From NCBI GenBank assembly GCA_027451885.1, contig DAIDHX010000266.1, positions 19,452 to 59,451 on the forward strand: a stretch of DNA of 40,000 bases, in the 5' to 3' direction. The position numbers and the translations under genes were made by a program. Position 1 is the stretch's first letter. Each line of letters opens with the position of its first letter. The stretch is from Planctomycetales bacterium (GTDB lineage Bacteria > Planctomycetota > Planctomycetia > Isosphaerales > Isosphaeraceae). Under the pieces are notes generated by a model. That model was not told the origin of the DNA. It did not search any database and was given only the letters and a program-made list of their open reading frames with translations. Positions 18,259-27,701 of this stretch are shown piece by piece.

Positions 18259-21200
18259 CTAGGGGACGAACAGGAATTCCTTGGTGTTCAAAAGCGCGTG
18301 GCAAAGGTCAGTCCACGCTGCCTGCGCCTGGGTGGGGTTTGAACCCATTCTGGCATCAAGATATCCAAGCGCGAGTGCGGCTTCGGCCTCCGAGGGCAGG
18401 CGGGCGAACGCGGTTTCATAGGCTCGATCAAGCCGCGCGCGATCGGATGCGGCGGGAGCAGACAGCGTGCGCATCGCCCAGATTCCAGCCTGCTCCTTGA
18501 TGAACGGGTCGTTGAGAAGCGCGAGCGCCTGGGCGGGCACGTTCGACCGGTTGCGCTTGCCCATGGGGGCGAACGGCACGGGCATGTCGAACGCGAGCAA
18601 GAATGGATTCAAAAAGTTGCGCCGCACGTTCAGATAGAGCGTGCGCCTGCCTGCCCCGTCGAGCGGCCCGGACACCGCCGGGCGACCACGCCCTTCCATG
18701 AACGCATCGAGATGCGTATGTACGCTCGGGCCTTCCATGCGCGTATTCAGCCGGCCGGAGACGGCGAGCACGGCATCGCGAATCGCCTCGGCCTCGAGCC
18801 TGCGGGGGTTCATCCGGTGCAGCAGCACGTTGCCGGGATCGCGTGACTCGGCCCCGGGGTCGAGCGCGCTCGACATGCGATAGGCGCTCGAGGCGACCAT
18901 GAGCCTGTGTAAATGCTTGAGCGACCAGCCGCTCGCGACGAGCTCGGAAGCAAGCCAGTCGAGCAGCTCTGGATGCGATGGGGGCCGGCCCATCTTGCCA
19001 AAGTCGTCGGGAGTGGCCACCAACCCCTCGCCGAAATGGTGCCGCCAGAGCCGGTTGGCGATCACCCGGGCGAGCAGCGGATTCGTGCCTGGATCGACCA
19101 TCCTCATGGCCAGGTCAAGCCGCGACTCCGCGCCTTCGTGGGTGGGCTCGGTCGCGCCTCCGAGCACCTGGAGAAACCGCCTGGGCACAAGCTCGCCCAG
19201 GTTCTTGTGGCTGCCGCGAATGTGCACATGCTCATCGGCGGGAGTACCGTCAGCGGCGGCGAGGGCGAACCGGGGGGGCTGGATCGCCTGATCGGCCAGG
19301 CGCGCGTCCGCGAGCCGCTCGCGCAGCCGTTTTGCCCGATCAGGCGCCACGGGGGCGAGCGCGGCGGCGACCGCGTTCAGATCAACGCTCGGTTCGACCG
19401 GGTCCGCCTGGATCGAGACGGGAGAACGATCGGATGCCGCGATCCAGTCGACCGCGAGATACCCGTTCGCATCATCAAGGGGCGCGGTCGTGTTGCCAAA
19501 GTCTGCCACCGCGCCGTCGGAGAGCTCCAGAAACGCCGTCTCCCCGCGCCACATGTCGAGGTCGAACGTCTCCACCCGCCAGTCGTCGTGTTGGATCCTG
19601 CGCGTGAGACCGCCGTAGATCGGATCGCGGATCTTCTCGAAATTGTCGATGACCACGGCGATGCGGCCTCCCTGGCCCCTGGCGCGCACATGCAGAAAAC
19701 GCGCGCGGATCGAGAACGTGGCCGAGCGGATCACGCCGGCCAGCCGGTTCGACACCAGGTTGCTTTGGACCGTTCCGGGCAGAACGGCTGCGAGGACAGG
19801 CGTGTCACCGTGCCAGTCGAGCCGCAGATCCCCCGCGCGGGTGGTGCGCTCGCAAAATGCATCGCCATTGCGATACCAGCCGTCGAGCGTGGGACGTGAG
19901 AAATCGTCAAGGAGCACAGCATCCGCGGTTGGGTTAGTCGTGCTCCCGGGTTTGGCGGGCGCGGCAATGGCGTCTAGCTTTTGCCGCAACGAACCGGACA
20001 GAAGCGTCCGGTCCGCGAGCGCAAGGGCGGCGGCCGCGTGATTGGCCTGCCCTGCCCGCCTGATGGCAGGCGCACGCGCCTCGGGGGCGTCGATCACCGC
20101 GTGCTGGATCCGCGTACCGTGCAAGAATCCGGCGAGTGCGTAATAGTCCCGGGTTGTGATCGGGTCGAATTTGTGATCGTGGCATCGCGCACAGGCGAGC
20201 GTGAGCCCCAGAAATGCCTTCGAGATCACGTCGATCTGGTTGTCGATCTTGCGCATTTCTTCTTCGCGCACATCGACTGGTGAATGTGTTCCTTCGCCCA
20301 GGTAGAGAAATCCCGTGGCGAGGATGGATTCGTTGGCGCCGTCGCCTTGCCTGCGCCTGGGAGTCGCGATCAGGTCGCCGGCCAGGTGCTCGACCACGAA
20401 GCGATCGTAAGGAATGTCGAGATTGAGCGCGCGGGTGACGTAATCGCGGTAACGGTAGGCATCGGCGATGTCGTAATCGAACTCGTGGCCAGCCGTCTCG
20501 GCGTAGCGGACGAGATCGAGCCAGTGCCTGGCCTGGCGTGCGCCGAAGTGGGGGCTGGCGAGCAGCCGTTCGATGAGCTGTTCGTAGGCGTCGGGGCGGG
20601 TGTCGGCCAGGAACGCGGCGACTTCCTCGGGCGTGGGAGGCAAACCGATCAGATCGAACGTGACGCGGCGGATCAAGGTGCGGCGGTCGGCCTCGGGCGC
20701 GGGAGCAAGATTTCGGGTCCCAAGCGCATGCAGCAAGAAGCGATCGATCGGGTTCCGGGCCCAGGAATCACGGCTGGTGACCGGCGGCTGCACGCGCTTG
20801 ACCGGCTGAAAGCTCCAGAAGCGCGCCCGCGCCTGGAACTCCTCCGCGTTCAGGCGATCGCCGCTCGCCGCCGCCGACCGCACGGGACCGCTGTCATGAC
20901 CCCAGGGTGCGCCTCGCTTCACCCAGTCGGTGAGCACGGCAACCTCGCTCGCCGGCAGTTTGGACTTCGGCGGCATCTGGTACGTTTCGCCGTAGTTGAT
21001 GGCGTCCACCAGCAGACTGTCCTCGGGCTTGCCCGGCACCACCGCCGGCCCCGAAGTCCCACCCGCCATCGCCCCCGCGCGCGAGTCGAGCCTCAAGCCC
21101 CCCTTGTGCCTGGCCGCGTCGTGGCAGCTCAGGCACCGCGTGGCCAGAATCGGTCGGATCGTCTTCTCGAAATACTCGACCGCGGCGGGATTCCGGGGCG

Positions 21201-21354
21201 GCATGTCCTCGCCGCCGCGAACCGGACCACCCAGGAACGCGATCGCCAGCCCCAGCCAGGGTATCACCCTCGCCGCGAACCGCGGGACCTCGTTCACATT
21301 CCGGGACCTGATCGAGGCCATGATCTGCCGCCCCCGGATCCGCTCGCCTTGCAC
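18259..21354 (-). CDS. PSCyt1/PSCyt2(DUF1549)/PSD1(DUF1553) protein, planctomycete cytochrome-c-like
   Basis: N-terminal heme-like motif CLSCHDAARHKGGLRLDS (PSCyt1). The DUF1549 region carries NPIDRFL and the CARCHDHKFDPIT motif. The C-terminus ends LLNTKEFLFVP, typical of PSD1. It sits 19 nt upstream of the DUF1501 partner gene. An alternative start is ATG 21321. Confidence 0.92.
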   Translation of the reverse strand: MQGERIRGRQIMASIRSRNVNEVPRFAARVIPWLGLAIAFLGGPVRGGEDMPPRNPAAVEYFEKTIRPILATRCLSCHDAARHKGGLRLDSRAGAMAGGTSGPAVVPGKPEDSLLVDAINYGETYQMPPKSKLPASEVAVLTDWVKRGAPWGHDSGPVRSAAASGDRLNAEEFQARARFWSFQPVKRVQPPVTSRDSWARNPIDRFLLHALGTRNLAPAPEADRRTLIRRVTFDLIGLPPTPEEVAAFLADTRPDAYEQLIERLLASPHFGARQARHWLDLVRYAETAGHEFDYDIADAYRYRDYVTRALNLDIPYDRFVVEHLAGDLIATPRRRQGDGANESILATGFLYLGEGTHSPVDVREEEMRKIDNQIDVISKAFLGLTLACARCHDHKFDPITTRDYYALAGFLHGTRIQHAVIDAPEARAPAIRRAGQANHAAAALALADRTLLSGSLRQKLDAIAAPAKPGSTTNPTADAVLLDDFSRPTLDGWYRNGDAFCERTTRAGDLRLDWHGDTPVLAAVLPGTVQSNLVSNRLAGVIRSATFSIRARFLHVRARGQGGRIAVVIDNFEKIRDPIYGGLTRRIQHDDWRVETFDLDMWRGETAFLELSDGAVADFGNTTAPLDDANGYLAVDWIAASDRSPVSIQADPVEPSVDLNAVAAALAPVAPDRAKRLRERLADARLADQAIQPPRFALAAADGTPADEHVHIRGSHKNLGELVPRRFLQVLGGATEPTHEGAESRLDLAMRMVDPGTNPLLARVIANRLWRHHFGEGLVATPDDFGKMGRPPSHPELLDWLASELVASGWSLKHLHRLMVASSAYRMSSALDPGAESRDPGNVLLHRMNPRRLEAEAIRDAVLAVSGRLNTRMEGPSVHTHLDAFMEGRGRPAVSGPLDGAGRRTLYLNVRRNFLNPFLLAFDMPVPFAPMGKRNRSNVPAQALALLNDPFIKEQAGIWAMRTLSAPAASDRARLDRAYETAFARLPSEAEAALALGYLDARMGSNPTQAQAAWTDLCHALLNTKEFLFVP

Positions 21355-21613
21355 GAGCCTCGCTCACTGTGGAACAACGGTTGAATTTTACACCAAAACC
21401 CAGGCGGCCACGAGGGGAAACGGGATTCCAAGGTCAGGAAAGGAATCCCGGCGGGATCGGCTGGCTCGTCCCGCTTCCGCTCAGCCCTTGACCCCTTACA
21501 ACGACGAAGCGCCAGTGGTTCCAGGCTGGGAGCTGCTCCCAGGACCGCCGGAGCTGCTCGAGCGCCTCGATGTCGCTCCATGCCTCTCCGTCGCACGCCC
21601 CGGCTCGCTTTCG

Positions 21614-22690
21614 CTAATACGAATCGATCAGCTCGCCGCCATTGCGCGTCGCGAGGGCCTGCCAGACCCCTCCCGAGCTCGCTGGATCAATCGGTCCCCC
21701 AAGCGTGGGGGAAAAACGCCACGTGCTGATCGTCTCCTTGACAAACCGGGCGCTCCCGTCCGCCATGAGAATGTTCAGCCCCCCCGGATGCAAGCTCGAC
21801 CCCGACGCGGCCCAAACATTCTCCTGACCAGGCGGCACCAATTTGAATGCGTTGGGAGGGTACCAGGCAGTCGCGAGCGTCTGGGTTACGTCGCCAATGA
21901 ACCACACGCCTGAGTCGAAGTACTCATGAGAGTCGAGATCCGCCCGCGCTCGCAGCGGACTGGTGGCTTTCTCCATGACGAGCATGGTCGTGCTCAGCCC
22001 GTCGGTGATCGAGGAGAAGCGGACGGGCGAGGTAAAACCGAGGCAACCATTGCTCGCCGGCGGGTGGGAGGCTGGCCCCAGGGACGTGCCGAAACGGCTC
22101 CCCTCACATCCCCCGTAGCTCGTGCGCGCGATGATCAAGGACGATCCGACAACGGGGGACGGATCGGGCCACGATCCCGATCCGTACGAGAGATAAAAGG
22201 GCCGGGGCGCGCGCGAATGAACGTCGTCGGGACAAACCAACGATCGCACAAGCATCGAGTAAACCGTGCTGTTGGCCACGCGATAGATCGATAGCGACTG
22301 GTTGATGGCGGCGTAGACGGGTTGCTGATCGAGAAACGGCAGAATCTGCGTGCAATAGCTTTTGTCGGGCAAGCCATACTCGATGATGGGGTCAATCATG
22401 AACATTCGCCCGGGAGGCAAGGAGCCGAGCGCCTCGTGATAACTCCCGAGCGCAAGTCCCAGCTCCCTGAGATTGTTCAGGCAACGGGTGCGCCTGGCCG
22501 CTTCCCTGGCCGATTGAACCGCGGGCAAGATCATGGCGAACAGGAGCGCAATCAGGCCCAGAACGGCCAGAACCTCGATCAGTGTGAAGCCGTCCCTGGC
22601 GCGGATGAACCCAGGCGCATGACGCCGGCTCGAGGACCCGTGGCGAACGGTCTCGGCTGACGGCGTCTGACTTACACACAGCAACTTCAT
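21614..22690 (-). CDS. DUF1559 protein with prepilin-type N-terminal signal
   Basis: G|[47 protein letters not shown] plus the C-terminal HPGGLNILMADGSARFV. Start set at ATG 22690 (MKLLCV) because GAGGAGGA lies 7 nt upstream and the upstream gene stops at 22714. The longer ORF to 22951 would overlap that gene. Confidence 0.88.
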   Translation of the reverse strand: MKLLCVSQTPSAETVRHGSSSRRHAPGFIRARDGFTLIEVLAVLGLIALLFAMILPAVQSAREAARRTRCLNNLRELGLALGSYHEALGSLPPGRMFMIDPIIEYGLPDKSYCTQILPFLDQQPVYAAINQSLSIYRVANSTVYSMLVRSLVCPDDVHSRAPRPFYLSYGSGSWPDPSPVVGSSLIIARTSYGGCEGSRFGTSLGPASHPPASNGCLGFTSPVRFSSITDGLSTTMLVMEKATSPLRARADLDSHEYFDSGVWFIGDVTQTLATAWYPPNAFKLVPPGQENVWAASGSSLHPGGLNILMADGSARFVKETISTWRFSPTLGGPIDPASSGGVWQALATRNGGELIDSY

Positions 22691-22713
22691 CAACCCATCC
22701 TCCTCAGGAGCAA

Positions 22714-23712
22714 TCAGCGATGAGACCCGGATTGTGACCCAGCCCGAACCCTCCAGAAGGCGAAGCCAACCCCGCAGGCGATACAGGCAATCAGGATCAA
22801 CCCGAGAATCAGGACCGCCGGCTGACCCTCTTCCGCTTTCAAAAGCTCCCTGGGCGACGGTGTCGATTCGGGATGAAAGTCGACCTTGTGGTATTCCGCG
22901 GTGAAAAAAGCCTGGTCGTACCTGTCCTGTGCCAGACCCTTGAAGCGGCAATCACGCGTCCGGCCCATGTGGTCTCGCAGTAAGACCCGGCTGGGCAGCA
23001 ACACACCCCCCGTCTCCTGGTATTCGACAGTCGCATCCCAGACCACTCGGTCGCCAAGCTGATGCGAAAAGAGCCTCGAGTGCGTGATTCCCCCGTCCAT
23101 CCCGCGATCGGCGGTAAGATCGTAGACGTCCCCCTGCTCGGTGGTGACCTTGATCGAGATCAAATCCCCCGCGCGGTTCGAGTTCGGTACATTCCCAACG
23201 ATCTCGACGCTCCTGGCGGGAATGGTATTCAGCAGGTTCTCGGGCGATATCCCCATCACGGAAAAGGGCGATTCCAGCAAGTCCCAGAACCCTCGCCAGA
23301 CTGCGCTCTTCACGACCTCGGAATCATCCCAGTTCTGGACGCGGAAGGGCTTTCCTGGGGATTCCGCTTGAAGGACCAACGTTCCCCTGCCTGCGTTAAT
23401 GTAGATAAGAGTTCCCAGTTTCTTGCTTGCGCGTGCTGGCCCCTCCGTCTGACTATACTTGTATCGCCCGTCGGTCACCCAGAACGACCCCTCCCGCACC
23501 ATGGCGGGACGTTCGGATTCTGATGAGGACGGGCGGATTTCGATCCGATAATCACCGTGCAGCGCGCTCATGCGGAGCTGCCACATCCTGGCGGCGGCAA
23601 CCAAGGCGGCGCGAGGGTCTTCCCCACCGCGGCACGCCGCCTCACCCGCCAGCCAGGCGACAAAGACACTCACGAACCCAATTCGAGCCGTCCCCAGGCC
23701 GCGTGTCGCCAT
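22714..23712 (-). CDS. Hypothetical exported protein with C-terminal TM anchor
   Basis: The internal ATG 23712 gives the signal-peptide-like MATRGLGTARIGFVSVFVAWLAGEAAC. A beta-rich soluble body follows, then a C-terminal helix PAVLILGLILIACIACGVGFAFW and a basic tail. It appears to be co-transcribed with the DUF1559 gene, 23 nt downstream. Confidence 0.6.
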   Translation of the reverse strand: MATRGLGTARIGFVSVFVAWLAGEAACRGGEDPRAALVAAARMWQLRMSALHGDYRIEIRPSSSESERPAMVREGSFWVTDGRYKYSQTEGPARASKKLGTLIYINAGRGTLVLQAESPGKPFRVQNWDDSEVVKSAVWRGFWDLLESPFSVMGISPENLLNTIPARSVEIVGNVPNSNRAGDLISIKVTTEQGDVYDLTADRGMDGGITHSRLFSHQLGDRVVWDATVEYQETGGVLLPSRVLLRDHMGRTRDCRFKGLAQDRYDQAFFTAEYHKVDFHPESTPSPRELLKAEEGQPAVLILGLILIACIACGVGFAFWRVRAGSQSGSHR

Positions 23713-24144
23713 GGTTCTCTCGTCTCGGCCCTCGGTTGGTTGCCATTGGGAACCAAATGCAACCCGCGGATCATGGACATGAGAGCAAACAATCACAAAA
23801 CGTGAAAGACTGTCCCACCTGGGGATCTGTCTCGATGACGGTGCAGCGCGTGCGACCTCGCATGGAGCGCTCGAGCGCGCTACGGTAATCGTATGAAAGA
23901 ACAATCACTGCTGCAATCCGCATGGGTTCATCTGTCCTGTAAATGATTGGACGGATGAGCGCGATAATACGTTTACAGATTATTGAGACGGCAAACCAGG
24001 CCGTTGACTGTTGATAGGATGAATACTACCAGACCTTCGAGGAACGTCAACACACGCACTGGATCGAGATCGCCACAGATCCACAGAGCGACCTGGCTTG
24101 GCTTGCCAAATCCGGGGGTTGCTTCAGCACCGCGATCATCGAGC

Positions 24145-25851
24145 TCAGCGCGATGGGCTGGGCTCGAGAATCACCACCCAGTCGTGGTTCCAGCCTTCGG
24201 CAGGCGCGAGCTGCGCATTGCCATTGGCTTCAACCTTGAGCAGCCCGAGCCTGGTCCGCGTGCCGCTTACCGGGTCGAAACGCGTAGCATGGGGAGGGTT
24301 TGCCGCGTCGAGCTGATGCAGCACAATCGGCCGCGCATCGGGCACGTAAGTGATGCGCACGGCGCCGGGGATGCCGGCGGAATAGGGTCGATCGTAGGAG
24401 TCGCGCCCCTTCATTTCGGAGGTTGCCCATTCCGGATGCGGCTTGAAGCGGTGCCAGGGATAGGAAACGAGGAACTCTTTCGCGCGTCCAAGCTGGCCCG
24501 AGCCAGGCAGGTTCATGGCGTCCTGCCATGAGATCGAGCCGTAATCCGTGCCGCTTGCTGACTTACCGTAGGGCGCGTTCTTGCCGTTGACTTGCCAGAT
24601 GCCGTTTGCGCCATAGGTATGGCCCGCCGCGCCTGAAAGCATGTCGGCCCAGAAGATGAGCCGGGGCACGTCGGCGGGGATTCGGCCGAGGAGGGCTTCA
24701 TAGCTGACCTCGCCGTTGACGACCGGCAGCGGCGGCCGGGCGGCCAGCGAAGCCTCGAGTGTGGCCAGGCTCGGGTGCACGACGTCGCGCCCGCCGTGCC
24801 CCGTCTGGAGCATGTCGAAGTCGAGCAACCCCTGGTCCTTGTAAAGCAAGCGCCCGGACAGCGGCGGCAGGCCCGTGGGATGCACCGTGATCGGCCGGTG
24901 AAAGCCGTCGAGGGTGCGCGTCTCGCGCAGGATCTCCTCCCACGCCCTGGCCTGCGGCTCGCCGCCGCGGGGAAAGCCCTTCTCACCATAAAACGGCAGG
25001 TTCACCTCGCCCGCCACACACCACACCACCGGAAATGCACCATAGCGCGCGATCACATACCGCGCGTGCCGCTTCATCGCCTCCGCACCCATCCACGGCA
25101 GATGATATCCCCATGCCATCACCACACAGGGTACGATTCCACGCTCGACGAGATGCTCGATCCGCCGGTCGGCCAGGTTGAAGTACTCCGGCTGAATGTG
25201 CTTGTAGTCCCTGTCCCAGGGAAAGCCCGCCTCATTGCGCCCGCGGTCATCAAAGGCGGCCATGTCGGGATAAAGCCCGGCCACGATCTGGACCACCGTG
25301 AAACCCTTTCGCACCCGATCCGCCGCGAGCGCTTGAAACTCATCCGGCCACGCGATGCGTTTGGTCAGACCCATCCACCAAGTATCGCCAAGCCAGAAGA
25401 ACGGCGTGCCGTCCGCATGTTCGAAATGACGCCGGTCCGCGGCGACCTGGATCGACCCGTGTGCGAAAAGCGGGTTTGATCCGCTGTATTTTCGCACTTC
25501 GATTCGTCCCTTCACCGCGTGCAAGCCCGTATCCTGGGAGTCAGAGCAGCGCGTGACGTACGTGTGCGTGCCAGTCTCAGGCGAGGCATACCGGGCCTTG
25601 AAACGCGTGCCACCGGCCCAGAACGCCGGCACACGCACACTCTTGCCTGAAGGGGCGGTGAATGTCACGTCGAGATCAAGCTCGCGGAAAGGATCCGCGT
25701 GCGCACGGGCCGAGTCAAACTCGATCTCGATCGCGCGATTCGCCTCGGTCACAACAACTTCGCTGTGTGCACAGGGCACCCAGGCGCCGAAGCTCAGCAC
25801 GACCGACCAGACGCGCAAGCCCCACGCATTCCGAGATCGACCCACCGTCAT
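24145..25851 (-). CDS. Glycoside hydrolase, DUF5060 + DUF4038 (GH140-like) + collagenase-type binding domain
   Basis: Signal peptide at ATG 25851 (MTVGRSRNAWGLRVWSVVLSFGAWVPCAHS). An N-terminal Ig-like DUF5060 pattern precedes the DUF4038 core HFEHADGTPFFWLGDTWWMG and the TIM-barrel GH-clan features. Confidence 0.82.
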   Translation of the reverse strand: MTVGRSRNAWGLRVWSVVLSFGAWVPCAHSEVVVTEANRAIEIEFDSARAHADPFRELDLDVTFTAPSGKSVRVPAFWAGGTRFKARYASPETGTHTYVTRCSDSQDTGLHAVKGRIEVRKYSGSNPLFAHGSIQVAADRRHFEHADGTPFFWLGDTWWMGLTKRIAWPDEFQALAADRVRKGFTVVQIVAGLYPDMAAFDDRGRNEAGFPWDRDYKHIQPEYFNLADRRIEHLVERGIVPCVVMAWGYHLPWMGAEAMKRHARYVIARYGAFPVVWCVAGEVNLPFYGEKGFPRGGEPQARAWEEILRETRTLDGFHRPITVHPTGLPPLSGRLLYKDQGLLDFDMLQTGHGGRDVVHPSLATLEASLAARPPLPVVNGEVSYEALLGRIPADVPRLIFWADMLSGAAGHTYGANGIWQVNGKNAPYGKSASGTDYGSISWQDAMNLPGSGQLGRAKEFLVSYPWHRFKPHPEWATSEMKGRDSYDRPYSAGIPGAVRITYVPDARPIVLHQLDAANPPHATRFDPVSGTRTRLGLLKVEANGNAQLAPAEGWNHDWVVILEPSPSR

Positions 25852-26006
25852 TCCGCACCCCCAACTTGCAACAGGGACGCAAGCGTGTTCAACAATGCTC
25901 AAACAGTATGAGAAGTTATCCCGTGCGTCGAGACAGGAGCGGGCCAGGAGCGAGGAATACGCGGTCCACGATCGGATCGGCGGGAGCGTGCCGCCGAACG
26001 CGGGCT

Positions 26007-27524
26007 CTAGCGTCCCCGTGCCAGAATCTGGGCGCGCCAGAGGGCAAGCGTGTCGGCATCGGCGGCGGAGACGAAGGGTCTGGCCTGCTCGACGACGTCG
26101 AGTGCGCGTTCGATGGATTCTTCGGCCAGGGCGCGGCGGATTCCTGGCGCGACCGCGTGGTGGACATTGATGATGAGGGTTCCCTCGCTCGAGTCGCGTG
26201 CCCGCAACCGCTCAAAAAGCGCCCTGGCCATGCGCTCGGTGCGGCGATCGTCGCGCAGGCCCGCGGCTGAAGCCACAGCCTCCACCAGCCGGGGCGCATC
26301 GAGCCCGGCAAGATCGAGTGCATCGAGCTCAGCACCTGACGCACAGGCGAGATCGAGCGGATCGACCTGGTCCGGGTCGAGCACGGGCAGGCCCAGCCTG
26401 CGCCTGAGTCGATCGAAGGGATATCCCTCGTACAGCCCGGCCGCGGCGGGACGGGCCGCAAGCTGCTCACGAAAGCGAATCGCCGCCGCCAGCCGTATCC
26501 GCGTGAATGCATCGTCCCGAGCGGCCGCTTCGAGCGGCGTTGCGCCTGAAAGGCTCACGCGCGGGACGTGGATCCACTGATCCTCGAAGTAATGCTCGAT
26601 TCGTTCGCGCCTGAGGATCGCCGCCTGGTCGGGCTCAATCTCACCTTCAATGCGGAACATCCACACCGCCGCGTCCAGGAAGGCGAGCGGCAGCGGCCGA
26701 GCTTCGCGGCTGGCACGTTCGCAGTCGAGCTCGAGCCGCTCGACAAGCATCTCCTCAGCCAGCTCGAGCCGCTCGCGCGCGGGGCTCGACAGCCGCAGTG
26801 CACCACCACCAAGAAACACCGTGGCAAGCTGGTCGCGCGCGATCCCGGCCGCAGCCGCGGACTCATCGGGAATCGATTCCAGCCAGATGCAGGCGCGGAC
26901 GTCCGCGCGCTCACCCACCGCCGCCTCGGCCGAGTGCGGCAGGTCCGCCGCCTTGATCTGCGGAAATGTCTCCAGCAGCCGCTCGGTCAGATCGGGTTTC
27001 CACGGGATCGAAAAGGAATACTGCAAATCGTCCGCCAGCTCTTCCGCGCCCGCTCCCTGGCGCAGGACCGCGGCCAGAATCCACGCCTCCTGCGCGCGCT
27101 CAGGCTCGTGCGCGGAGTCGAGCGCGACCGAGCGTTCCAGGCTACGCACCGCAAGTGCATTCTCCCCCTGCCAGGCCAAAAGAACCGCCCGGTTGAACCA
27201 GCAGGCCGGGTCCGCGGGAAAGCGCTCGCAGAGCGATGCGTAATACCCGGTCGCTTGCTCCAGATCGCCCAGGTCGACAGCCGCCTGGGCACGCGCCTGT
27301 GTTCCCAGCTCACGCAGCCGAGGAACAGCGAGCGCGGCGGCCGGCAGCTCGCGCGACCGTTCCAGGATCTCGAGCGCCTGCAAAGCCGCCCTGGATTCAG
27401 GCTCAAGCGCGCACGCCTGGCGGAACGACGACCACGCCGCCAGCGGGCGCTCCAGCCGCAAATGCGCCCACCCCGCATGCACCAGCCGGGTCACGCGATC
27501 GTCTCTTGCCTGTTCGTCAGTCAT
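26007..27524 (-). CDS. TPR-repeat protein with uncharacterised C-terminal domain
   Basis: Only the C-terminal ~506 aa of the 823-aa ORF are credible. The upstream part is antisense to the fucosidase gene. TPR-like helices include AWSSFRQACALEPESRAALQAL, ATGYYASLCERFPADPACWFNRAVLLAWQG and ALAVRSLERSVALD. The start is ATG 27524 or 27545. Confidence 0.62.
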   Translation of the reverse strand: MTDEQARDDRVTRLVHAGWAHLRLERPLAAWSSFRQACALEPESRAALQALEILERSRELPAAALAVPRLRELGTQARAQAAVDLGDLEQATGYYASLCERFPADPACWFNRAVLLAWQGENALAVRSLERSVALDSAHEPERAQEAWILAAVLRQGAGAEELADDLQYSFSIPWKPDLTERLLETFPQIKAADLPHSAEAAVGERADVRACIWLESIPDESAAAAGIARDQLATVFLGGGALRLSSPARERLELAEEMLVERLELDCERASREARPLPLAFLDAAVWMFRIEGEIEPDQAAILRRERIEHYFEDQWIHVPRVSLSGATPLEAAARDDAFTRIRLAAAIRFREQLAARPAAAGLYEGYPFDRLRRRLGLPVLDPDQVDPLDLACASGAELDALDLAGLDAPRLVEAVASAAGLRDDRRTERMARALFERLRARDSSEGTLIINVHHAVAPGIRRALAEESIERALDVVEQARPFVSAADADTLALWRAQILARGR

Positions 27525-27701
27525 GCACTCGGCCCGCCGTCCCATGATGGTGAAATCCCGCGCAGTCACTTTCCCGTAAACCCAGCGCGGCGTCCACTCC
27601 GCTCGCCCCCCGATGCGCTTGACAGCATCCCGCACGCAAACGCATCGTGAGAGGCGCGCCAATTGATCCGTCCAGATCTCCGCGCTGCCAAAGGAGGGCC
27701 C

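Noticed and set aside
20996-21913. 305-aa plus-strand ORF spanning the 21355-21613 intergenic gap
   Set aside because: It overlaps the 5' end of the PSD1 gene and the 3' end of the DUF1559 gene in antisense and has a low-complexity composition. The gap itself shows only short hairpins (for example GGGATTCC-N12-GGAATCCC near 21421-21448), which I could not tie convincingly to termination.
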